Shown: one piece after another, positions 35,182-46,720 of the stretch
How the letters are laid out: every line of letters begins with the position of its first letter
Numbering within the stretch: the stretch's first letter is position 1
DNA from: Penicillus capitatus
Taxonomy: Eukaryota > Plantae > Chlorophyta
Direction of reading: 5' to 3'
Length of the DNA: 64,000 nucleotides
NCBI GenBank assembly: GCA_965649825.1
Contig: OZ287695.1
Coordinates: 2,274,398 to 2,338,397 of the forward strand
Translations under genes and position numbers: made by a program
Notes under the pieces: generated by a model
Databases searched by the model: none
The model's input: the letters and a program-made list of their open reading frames with translations, nothing else
What the model was told of the DNA's origin: nothing

Positions 35182-38100
35182 ATGTTGGACTTATGGCGCA
35201 GCGAAGAGATGCAACGCATCCGTGTAAGTAAACAACCACTGTTGGCGAATGCTCTCTTGCATACGGACGGCGGCCGAAGAAACAAAGCACGTTCAAGTCT
35301 GAACCACGTTTTCGCTGTGCGTAGTTGCTGATTCCAGCCGAGGCGGCGCATGCCACCATTACGGCGTTGGGAGACACCTCCTCTATACAGTTCGTCGACT
35401 TGAACACGAACAAGAGTGCATTTCAGAGAACGTTCGCAGCAGAGGTGCCTCGTACCCTCGGATCCCTTCGCCGCCGTCAACGAACGTCGTGGTCTATAGG
35501 TTAAGCGCTGTGACGAAATGGCACGTAAACTGCGTTTCTTCAAAGATCAGGTAAGCGATGCTCTCTGTCGTCGTTGCCCATCACGCGTGAGTGTGGGCCA
35601 GATCGAGAAAGCGGGACTTCCTGTTGGCGGTCGCGGTGCCGTGAGAGAACTCACGATTGACGAACTCGAAGTGCGTTCTTCTATACACAGCCACTCCCCA
35701 CGAGGCAACGGTATTGTATAGAGTCGCCTCGAAGACCTCGAACGCGAATTGCTCGAAGTGAATGCCAACTCCGACCGCCTGTTTCGCACGGAATCCGAAC
35801 TCGTCGAGCTTCAATTGGTGTTGGAACATGCTGGAAAGTTTTTTGAGGAGGCACAGCAAGTGCAGACACCCAGTGCCCCCGAGGCACAATCATTCGAAGC
35901 GCCTCTCCTCGAGAGCTCCATCCCAGTAATACCTGACTATAGACAGATCCGATTTTGTCTTACACCAAGTTTGATCGATTTCCATGCTTTCCTCTAGTCC
36001 TCTTCATCTGATCCGAAAAGCTCAATTGAAATGGTTCGATCTCACAAACCGAGCGCCTTGCGTTTCCAGGTTGATTCATCCAAAGTTGGCCGTCTTGGAT
36101 TCGTTGCTGGAATGATCGAGACGTCTAAACTCTTTGCCTACGAGAGAACGTTGTTCAAGGCGACAAGAGGAAACGTGTTTGTGAAGCATACGGGCGTCGG
36201 AAGAGTGAGAGATCCTGCCACTGGCGACATGGTTGACAAAGACGTGTTCGTCGCTTTCTTCTCCGGAGAGCGCATCAGAAGCAAAATTGTCAAGGTGGGT
36301 ATCTGTTTGTGTGGTTAAAGCACGAAGAGTGGACATCTCTGTGGATGTGCCTCAGATTTCGGAAGTCTTCGGAGCGAATCGCTATCCGTTTCCAGAAGAG
36401 GCGAGTCGCCAACATGTGATGCATCGTGAAGTAACCATGCGTTTGAGAGATCTGTCGACGACCATCGAAGCTGGAGAGAAACTCCGATCGTCCGTTTTGC
36501 AAACATTGTCCATCAACTGCGATGACTGGATCACCAGAATCATCCAAGAGAAGGCTTCTTACCATGTCATGAACAAGCTTTCCGTCGACAACAGTCGAAA
36601 AGTCACATCATCATCATCATCGCATCTGGCTGCGTTGGAAATGCGAGTGCATGTGTTCAGGTGTTGGTTGGGGAAGGATGGATCCCGAGCAAACGTGTGG
36701 ATGAGATTCAAGCCGTTCTCAGAGAAGCAACAGAAACCACCAATGCACAGAGTCCGACGATCATGGAAACCATACGCCCCAACGGGCAACCCCCGACACA
36801 CTTCAACACAAACAAATTCACCTACGGATTTCAACTCATTGTGGAAGCATACGGAGTGGCACGTTACCGAGAAGTAAAGTCTCTCCCTACCAATACATGT
36901 CACACATCTGATGCGTGTTTTAGGTGAATCCGACGCTGTTCACCATCATTACCTTTCCTTTCCTCTTTTCCGTGATGTTTGGTGACATGGCTCACGGCAT
37001 TCTTATGTTCATGTTTGCCATGCTGTTGATTCTCCGCGAGAAACAAATGGAGAAGGCAAATCTCGGCGATATGATCGATATGCTGTTCGGTGGACGCTAC
37101 GTCATTCTATTGATGTCAATGTTTTCGGTCTACGTCGGCATCATCTACAACGAAGCTTTCTCCATGCCTCTAACCTTCTTTGGAGACACAGCATGGGAAT
37201 GCAAAGAAAGCCCAGACGATCACAGAGGGTAAGCAGGGTACCTCCATCTCACTCACTCACCAATCACACTTTTTCTCGATGCATAGTTGCGCTGACAAAG
37301 AGTTTGAACATGGAGACTCTTATGTGTTTGGCCTCGATCCGATATGGCACGGAACGAAAACGGAACTCACGTTCACCAACTCGATCAAGATGAAGATGTC
37401 TATCGTGTTGGGCGTGCTTCACATGGACTTGGGTATCATCATGTCCCTCTTCAACCATCAATACTTCAAAGACTCACTGTCCATCTGGTCATCTTCTTTC
37501 AGGGCGATGGACTCCTAGCACAAAGAGCTGTGGTTGTAGGTGCGAGTTTGTCCCTCAGATTATTTTCTTGAATGGACTCTTTGGGTATCTGTGTTTCTTG
37601 ATCATCTATAAATGGGTCGATGGCTCTACAGCCGATCTCTATACCGTTCTCATCGATATGTTCTTGAAGCCTGGATCCATCGACGAGGACGGAGACCTGT
37701 ACAGCGGACAAGCGACTGTGCAAGTGATCTTTGTGTTGGCCGCCGTCTTTTCTGTTCCGTGGATGCTGCTGCCCAAGCCTCTGATCCTACGCGCAAGACA
37801 TAACAAGCGCAAACTGGTAAGTCTCTTCACAAGTCGGGTCGGAATAAGTGTATCCATTTGATTTTCCATTGCCCTTTTCATTTCGATATCTTACATCTAG
37901 GCTGGAAATAAGTACCATCGTGTTTCTGACCGTGGTTCTGATGATGGTCAGGAATTCCGTGACGAGGAAGAACTATCCCTGACGGCAGAAAACGATGCTC
38001 ACGGACATGGAGAAATCTTTGAATTCGGAGAAGTTATGGTGCACCAAATGATCCATACCATTGAATTCGTCCTGGGTGCTGTGTCAAACACGGCATCCTA

Positions 38101-38410
38101 TCTGCGTCTATGGGCCCTTACGCTGGCGCACTCACAGCTCAGTGCCGTCTTCTATGACAGGGTGATGATGGCAGGGGCGGCAATGGGTGCAGACGAAGGC
38201 GTCACAGTTGTCACAATCATTGGCAATGTGATCGCCTTTTTTGTTTTCGCCATGGCGACGTTGGGTGTCTTGATGGTGATGGAATCGTTGTCAGCTTTCC
38301 TTCACGCTTTGAGGCTTCACTGGGTGGAGTATCAGAACAAGTTCTACCAAGGAGACGGATATAAGTTCTATCCATTCACCTTTTCTGAGCTTTCGAAAGA
38401 AGATCTTTGA
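35182..38410 (+). CDS. VHA-a: V-type H+-ATPase V0 subunit a, multi-exon
   Basis: [63 protein letters not shown], and [26 protein letters not shown]...[13 protein letters not shown]. Confidence 0.96.
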
Positions 38411-40463
38411 GAAAGGATGTCCGTTGATGATTTTTTGTCCAACTGTGGGAGTGCATTATTAAAGAATCTTCAGAAGTATGAAGAAGAAGAGATTATCGGT
38501 GTTTGAGAATCTGAGATTTTAAGAACAGCTTGATTTGGATTACTAATGCACAGAGTGCCGTGCATTTCTCGATCGACCGATTCTGGAACGCTGTTCTACA
38601 GGTTCGTCATGAGTCATCCTATCTTAGCCGTCAAGGGACTTTCGACAAGGAGTATCTACAGAGCAAAGAAACGCCGATGGGCCCAGATGCTATTCTGATA
38701 AAAGGTATCGCCAAATTGCACCCGACTACCCAGCCACATGTAGTTCAGAGACAATCAAGCATTCTGAAGCATCGATAAGAGAGTACAGCGATGGACCCTG
38801 GCTTCCAATCTTACTGCCGTCTTATAAATAGGATCTCGCACTCGTTACATCCATCCTTAAAAATACCTTTGAATCGGCAGCTGCACGATGATATCTGTTC
38901 TCATTCTTACTGTAACTGAATGAAGCTATCGATCGAAAAGACTTTTTTCGATCGATGCCAAGGTCTGTGATATGGATTGCATACAATTTGTTCCCGGATC
39001 CATTGGAATGATGTCGAAGACAACAAGAACCCATTATTCTCAGGTCTTTCCTTTGTGTCAAGTCTCCGGTCCACACAGAGAACGAACTCGGACAACTGTC
39101 TTTGGTATTCACGGCTCGACTGAAGTCGATCGATTCTAACAGACAGAATTGTGAAACTAATGAGCTATTGCGGAAAAGATTTCAGTAGACTATTCGGTTG
39201 TGGGCTGTAAGCGGGTCATTGTTGTCAGGTCATCAATGACGATGAGTGTGAATAGAATGATCGCAGAGTGCCTTAGACAATAAGCGGAGTTTGAATTCAT
39301 CACCATGCATCAGATATGAACGCTGCGTCTTCATCCTGGGCAACGTGTCTCTTGGATGATGACAGAAGTATCGGCGTCAGAATTGATATACGTGTTATAC
39401 TCAGGAAATCAGCAAGAGAGCGCAGAAAGGGTTATCCTCATCATGATAAGCCACTCTCGGAGTGAGAAAACGGAAGCTGATTAGATCAACTGCTGTCCAT
39501 TGTGCACCGGGTGTTCGTTCATCCGATGGTTGGCGCGTGTTCTGCGATGCTTCGTCCTTTCGCTTGCGGGATCCGGCAGACTTGTGTGCTATGCCCCACG
39601 TGGTGCTTAGAGGAGTCGTCGCCAAGGAGTTCCGTGTGTGAAGTTTGGCGGCGATGGAACTCGACGTTGATGTCGCTGTCCGCATGATGTCATAAATTAC
39701 GTTTTGCAAAGCGACGATTCGTATTCCGACTTTTCGCAGAACAGCATTCTTCGCGTGACGCACACGGAAAACCGAGCGTTTCAGTCCGAACGTCCGTCGG
39801 CCGAAGGAGGTTCGTCCTACTACACAGAACTTCCCTCGGCCTTTGCGACGTTCTACCAAACCGTGTGCCGCTTTCCTGCCGACTGCCGAGCTGAAGACTC
39901 GGAAATAATGCTGCCGAAAAGGGAGATCGGCGACCTGGTCATCAAGGACATCAATCACACTGTGTGTAATACTCACCCACAGTCGGCTGCCGCCAGCTCA
40001 CAAAGAGGTAAACAGAGAAATTGTTTTTCAGTTCTTCCCTCATGATTCTCACTGTTCTAGGCCGTGTGGCGCAAGCTGATGAAAGACGCGACGTCTCAAG
40101 GGCAGAAGCAATCACTTGTAGTCTTTCTTTCTTCACTTATCTGCCACCTGAGCAAAATGGATGTCCACACATCCAGTGCATTGAGCAGAACAGTGCCATC
40201 GTGACTCTTGGCAACCTTGGGAGACATTCAGAAATCCACTCAGGTGACTCAAATGCTCAGCAATCACAACATGCAACCGTCTCTTTTCTTCTGGGACTGT
40301 GTCTATCAAGAATGGCAGAGACTCGTTTTTAATGCCATTCGTGTAGCTTCATTTCCTACTCTTGGCAGATATGCTGTGAACTTGTCATGGTGTGGAACCA
40401 TGATAGTCACATTGGTGTCAAGGGACAGGGAAAATGACAGTCTAATGCGATAGACAAGACTGA

Positions 40464-40495
40464 TTGGATTGGATTGGATTTGGATTTGGATTTTT
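40464..40495. repeat. Short (TTGGA/TTTGGA)n microsatellite
   Basis: Sequence attggattggattggatttggatttggatttt. Confidence 0.7.
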
Positions 40496-40879
40496 ACAGT
40501 TGCATGCGCTTGATTAGCATATCAGCAACCCGACGCCCATTGTCAATTCATCGTTCAATCGTTCAATTAAATGACTCGTGCTTCCATCCGTCGCTTCACA
40601 TGTCTCACAGCGTTTGCGACGCTTTGTCGTCCACCTCACGTCTAACCGCATGCTTCAGTCTGGACTTGACCCGTGTCTTATAATTGCTCAATCTTTCGAT
40701 TTTCTTGATCATGATGAATCGCCGCTTCACCCTCTGGCCAGTCACTACTATCACCCGAGTAACTCACGGGGCCAGACAAGACTGATGGGATGCTGCGATC
40801 AAAGGAATAAAATCAGACTCTGTGATTCATTGGGTGTCAAACGTTTTGGTTTTTAAAAAGGATTCACTACGCGGCACCA

Positions 40880-41326
40880 ATGGCCGACGCCAAACGCGCT
40901 CGACCGAATGACAGTACTCACCTGGAAACGCATTCTGATCATTCCAAGCCTCCAGGTCCAGTGCTCGAGACTCTGTTCTTTTCGAACTTGTGTTCTGTAG
41001 GCGTCGAGCGTACGAGTGACAAGTACAAGCCTACCTTACAGAATGCAATCGAAACGTACCGACAATGTGCATCGGAGAAGAGATATTCTAAGAAAGCCAG
41101 ACTGCACGCGGGAAAGGACGCGGAAGACATAGAAATGCCATGGAAGGGCCGCGTCTCCGCAATTGAGAGATTATACGATGCGTTGCGACATCACATTCAG
41201 ACAGCAGCGTCGTAGAAGGACATCCAGGACCATGAGAAAAAAGCACTTAGAGAGAAGCTGGCCATCAACAATCTATCTCTGGCGACGATGCTACAAGAGC
41301 TTACTAAGAAAAAGGATACTCGTTAA
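40880..41326 (+). pseudogene. Orphan helical ORF interrupted by an in-frame TAG (possible pseudogene)
   Basis: The 111-aa ORF stops at TAG 41213-41215, but the same frame stays open for 36 more codons (KDIQDHEKKALREKL...) to TAA 41324-41326. Confidence 0.35.
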
Positions 41327-41832
41327 ACGCTGGTGACGATTCGAGAAGTGATCTTTTGCTGTCGAATAATCTCGCAGACCATTGAGTGTGGCACTTTGTT
41401 TGGCACAAGGTTGAGATCCATTCACAGCCAAGTTACCATGCATGTCCTATCTCGCGTTGGACTTCATTTAGCTGTCTGTCGATTGTGGCATTTTAGCCCC
41501 GTTTTGCAATGACATGACCTTCCTTCTGTTGTATACCATCTTTGACGAAACAACTACAACAAGATTGACGTCCAGTTCTTGACCATTTTTGCCATCTGTT
41601 TTACAAACGGTCATCAACCGCATCGACAAAATGATCCATTCTCCACGTCCTTTCATCAAAAGCGTCCACATTCGCGAATACAACGGCTATGCGTTCATGG
41701 TCCGCATTGGTATGGCGTTCCAGGAGAGATTTGTGGCAGTTTCAGTCGAGATTCGACGAGCATACAATCCCCGCCTTTGAATCGTACGCGACAGTTATCC
41801 ATGAGAGTCGTCGCTTAACTGTTTTCGTACAG

Positions 41833-42205
41833 ATGGAAGATGGAGAAAACATGTCGTTGCTGTCAGAAATGCAAACCCCGGTCGACGATTCCAACCTTCC
41901 TTCGCAGATCGTTCGGAAATTCGACCGTCTGTTTCTGGTTCTGCTGGTCGTGGTCATTCTAATTGCTTACGCAGATCGAACCAACATTGGGTTTACTGCA
42001 CAAGATTTTATCGCCGACTGTATTCAGCAAATAGGAATACGGCGGAGGCGTCAGCCTGTTCTACGCGGAACTTCTGCCTACTCAAGTCATCGGAAACACC
42101 ATGCTTAGACACTTTGGCATGCCGGCCGGCTGGCCGGCCTGGCTCTCCTTCGTCGTTTCTCATGGAAATGCGTCGCACTGTCTACGGCATTCTGAAGTCT
42201 TCTAT
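41833..42205 (+). pseudogene. Decayed MFS transporter (anion:cation symporter/allantoate-permease-like) N-terminal fragment
   Basis: IVRKFDRLFLVLLVVVILIAYADRTNIGF, then a frameshift and TAG (42032-42034) before EYGGGVSLFYA..QVIGNTMLRHFG..WLSFVV. No downstream TM helices were found. Confidence 0.6.
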
Positions 42206-43161
42206 CCAGTTCACAAACGCGTTAAATCCTTCTCTGCTTTACGAATGTTCAAAACAGACACTCAATGGAAAACGGCGATGACGAACCACGACATTTCCCT
42301 TCCTAAAGCTTGAGGTCCTGCTGGATGGGGCTTGTTGTCTCCTCGGTTGAAACCCGCCCTAAAAGACGCACTGGTGTAGGAATCATTTTAAATTGAAGAT
42401 GATGATGGACTGGTTGCCTCAAGGATGGCACAGAATGCTTGTCATTGTCATCTGTAGATGCAGCTTAGCTTCTTTTTTGAAGCGTTTGCTGAGCGTGGAC
42501 GGCGTCATCGATTTCGTGCCACGGATTGAGAATCCTCCAGATCCTGAAGTGCTAACAGATGTTTTGCACTTTGAAGAGCATCCAAGAGAAAGAGAATGCC
42601 TACGAGATACCGTTACCTTTGTAGAGCAGCTTCAACCACTCAGGCAAGCACCTCTTACGACATCTCCTCAGCAATTGCTCTTCTGGCGACGAGATCACTC
42701 GAGAGAAGGCCGATGATCTGGATGCTGTCGTCGAATCATGCAGAAAGAGTCTCTGCTCAGCCGCTGCTGAGTCTACAGTAGACATCGATATGTATTCAGG
42801 AACGGTTTTTTTGATGGGCCGGTCAAGCTTCCTTTACTAGGCGCAGATGAAGGACTGCAGCTCCTTCGTAGAGTGCTTGTGTTCCATTTTGCGATCACTC
42901 AATTCCGCGTTCGGGGATATATGAAAACAGTCAACGAGAAGAGAAGGCACAAGGAAACAAGAAAGCACTCGCGAACCCGGGGCGAAAGATAAAGGAATGT
43001 GTCCAGAAGACATCGCCAGTCATTTCAACCGCATTCCGTCAGCGCGCTTAACATTTCCGTTTCGTTTTCCGCCGTTTTAGACGACTTGATTTTGACGGGT
43101 CAGTCAGTCCCTACGCACAAAAAAGACACCCACGTCCGCGCAAAGCTGAACCAAACAGAAG

Positions 43162-46100
43162 ATGGCAGAGATCGTGCCGTACGCTTTCAATAAGTGGAAG
43201 CGCGGACTTACAATGAGAGAAAGAAGAATGCTCCACCGCTCGCTTTCCTCTGTTGACAAGAGAAAGAACGCGGTTCACCGACTTGCAAAACAACATATTG
43301 TGTGCAACACGGAAACGCTTGTGAGAGTCTTCAACTCTCCATCCACCCACCCGCATCACAGAGAACTTCTATTTCAGTGGCTCGACCGATATCACAAGGC
43401 CTTTGTCGATGAGATGGAGAATCTCACGCCTGAAGTCGTTCGCGAATATGCAGAGCTGGTCAAGATAGACATATACAGAAAACACCACAAGGACTTTCAA
43501 CTAAAAGTTCTCAAGAACCTCGCAGACATCTTTTCCCCAAAGGAAGAAGAGAACGACAAGGCGAATGTCTATGCAAAGATTTTAAATGGGGCGTTGCAAA
43601 ACATGGATCGGCATAGTCTCCTGGATGCAGCAGAGGCGCTTCATTCCTTGGCATACAAGCTCATCCAGTGCATCCCAGCAGATCTAAAAGCGTCAGACAG
43701 AGATTTCCACACAAGAGGATACATCTTTGAAGCCCTCCACCAGACACTGGATCTGCTTTTTGCGGCTCTTCGGTTTCATGATCGCCCCTTGGATAGGTTT
43801 GATAACGGAACTAAAATCAGAAGAAAGTGTGCGGAACTGAAAGCAAATGAGAGGTGCTATCGCACTTGGTACTTCTTGAAGGTCATTGAACAAGACATCG
43901 GAAGACTAAACAGAACGAAACTACACAAAGATAAAGCAGACTTTTGCGCCTTTGTTGGAAAAGTGTTCTGCGGAGTCCTTCATTGCTACCATGGGTTCCG
44001 TCAAGTGTTGGATATTGATGTCGATATAGAGACATTGCAAAAAGGAAGAAACGCATTCAACGAAGCCGCTGAACACCTTGAAATAAGGGTTGAGAAGTGG
44101 TATGGGCCCATTCAGGAACTTGCTGAAAGGTGTCGAGCGGCCACGCATCAAAATGCGGACATTGAAAAATTCCGAGAAGCATATGACGATGCACTCCTTC
44201 GCCAAAATGAATGCCAGACGCGATTCGAAGCGAAAGCTTTCTTGTTCGGTCAGATTCTCATCTTGCGGAGCTATGCTCGGAGTTCTGAATCAGCGGAGAT
44301 TCAGAAAGACGCCGTGAACAAACTGATAGAACTGTCTAAGGCAAGCAATGATCGTTGGGTCAAAAATAATGCGGATATCCTTCAAGCCTTTTTGGAAGCA
44401 TTCCATGTTGCCTGTGCCCGAGATGAATACCGAGAACAAGTATATCAAAGATTGACCGAGATCCAACAGTTGATCGAACAAGGCAGTGACGTACACCAAC
44501 GATTCGAAAACTGGAAGAGCAACAAATCAATCAAAGAGAAACTGTGCACACACGAACCGACTTCAGAGATTGTCGATGACGTTCTGTTTCAAGCAACGCG
44601 AACAGACGCTGGTCATCTTTTGACCGTTTCACAGATGGAAGCGCATGACAATTACTTGCGAGGCAAATACAGAAATGACCACTTCTCTAAGGTCAGAGTT
44701 TGAGATTCTCGCTGCCGTCCATAACACAGAGTGTTGCCTTCTGTTTTAGGTTTCGTTTTTTGATGACCCGTTCATGCCGAAGCCGGTTAAGGACATGAGA
44801 TTCGTCATGAGAAATCGAAAAAAGGACAATGAATCGACTGATGCCACAGGGAATGCAGGCACAGAACCAGTTGATACAGACGATGCCTCTGTTGAATTTC
44901 AGGAAAAAGATATTGCAAGCGGGCTTCTCGATACGGACGATTTTTTCCAGTTTTTTCAGAGCCAAGAGGAGACATCAGATTCTAAAAAGAAAGCGGGTGA
45001 AAGTGTGCTGCTCATTGGCCGTCCCGGGACTGGAAAGACGTGCTTTGCCAGATCCATTGTCTGTCAGTGGGCGGATAATCATGGTTATAACGAATTCGAG
45101 GCTGTTTATTTTATTTCGGTCAAGAAACTGGACGACGAATTAGGCTACAATGAAACTGAGTATCAAGGGGATAACAGTTTGGAAAGGGTTATTGCGAAGG
45201 TCTGGTTTAACTGCGAAGATTCTTACTCTAGTCCTACAATAACCCAAATCAAGCAAGATCTGGACTCGCCAAAGACTCTCGTCATTTTTGATGGAGTGGA
45301 CGAAGGGAAAAAGCTGGCTAACAATCTGCTCTCTGAAGTATTTCGTCGCCGCTGCAAGTCGTTGCTAACGAGTCGTCCAGGGAACCTGCAACATGTTTTG
45401 GGTCACGTCAATCACATAGCAGAGTGCTCTGGATTCAGCGATCTGCATCTGCTCGAATTCATCCATTCAGAAATCGGCGCAGAAGGACCTGAACTGGTGA
45501 AGTTGCTGTATCCTCATCCGCATCTGTGGGAAGTGACGCATATTCCAATGATTGCAAACATTCTTTGTCACCTTTGGAGAGATCGGAGGGAATTGCCAGC
45601 AAAGAGAGAGATAACAAAGAGCCCGTGGCATCTCTGCGAAAGGATGACAAGGATGGTATGGGATCATCTGGCAGGATCTTGTGATAGGCTCTGCGGTGAG
45701 AATATTAAAGACGCCTTTGATACTATGGCGCAGATCGCCTTCGATGCTCTCAAGGACGATAAGAAGCTCATTCAGAAGAAGGAATTCGACAGGGCATCAA
45801 AATCGATAGATGAATGGTCTCTGGGGCATTGTGGGTTTCTGGTGCAGGAGATTGGTAGCAAGGACTATTGCTTCCTGCATCCAGTCTTTTGGGAGTATTT
45901 TGCTGGTCGTCATCTGGCAAAAACACGAAAGCAGCCAAACAAATGCAGATACAGTACTAGAAAGGTCAAAGCGTTTTTGTCAAAAGGCGAATACACGCAG
46001 AAACAGAAGAACGCCATCGCCTTTATGGTAGAGGAATTCGTCCAGGAAAAGGTTTTTGACGATTTCCTTGAGTTGGTTGACTTCATGGATAGTAAGCCGC

Positions 46101-46720
46101 CAAAGAATGTCACCAGTGAACAACGCCTGTTTGCAAAGCTGCACTTGTTAAACGCTTTGCTGTCATCCTGTGAGGCATCCTTGATGGAGGAATTAGACGA
46201 GAGTGATTTCGCTAAGAATCTGCTGAAATCTCTTAGTGAAATGATCACAGATCACTTCAAAGACGCAAACAAAAGTGAACAGTTGTTGAGTCAGCTCGGG
46301 CAAATCCCCAATGTGCTCCATAAATATCCAGATCTGGTGATGGAGATAAGCAAGATAATCGAGCAAGACCCTTCCCCGTCCAGTACTCCTCTTCAGTATT
46401 TCGTCCAGATCGCTGCACACGTGCCAGAAGCCGAGGAGTGGGTCAGGAAAATCCTCGAGAAGCAAATAAGTCATTCAAACGACGATGCTAGAGCACAAGC
46501 GGTGGAAAACATAGCGAATGTCCTTGCTGTTTCGTCGGACAAGTTGGAAGTCGATCTGAAGAAGCTACTGGAGAAAGAGAGCAGCAAGAGTGAATCAGCA
46601 GCAACCTATCTGGAGACGTTCAATGGAACAGATCCATTCGCTATGCAGTCTCAATTGAAACTTCTCGAACGCCAACGAAAGATCCTTACGGGCAACGCCT
46701 TCTCTGCAGCTATGGAATGA
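43162..46720 (+). CDS. NACHT-family STAND NTPase (NLR-like): long helical N-terminal domain, NACHT, HEAT/ARM-like C-terminus; 2 exons, 1166 aa
   Basis: Exon 43162-44691, a 58-nt GT-AG intron (44692-44749), then exon 44750-46720 in frame. Walker A LLIGRPGTGKT, Walker B LVIFDGVDE, sensor-1 LLTSRP, HD1 IPMIANILC and WHD FLHPVFWEYFAG. Confidence 0.85.

Noticed and set aside
40880-41326. Alternative nuclear code (TAA/TAG = Gln, as in some ulvophytes) or programmed read-through explaining in-frame stops
   Set aside because: Conserved genes here end at TAG or TAA at the expected positions (UMPS, NMT, PsaK, SufS, ATP sulfurylase) and use CAA/CAG for Gln.
43162-44703. ORF 43162-44703 and ORF 44774-46720 as two separate genes (e.g. 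a toxin/partner pair)
   Set aside because: A canonical 58-nt GT-AG intron joins them in frame, matching the intron size in this genome.
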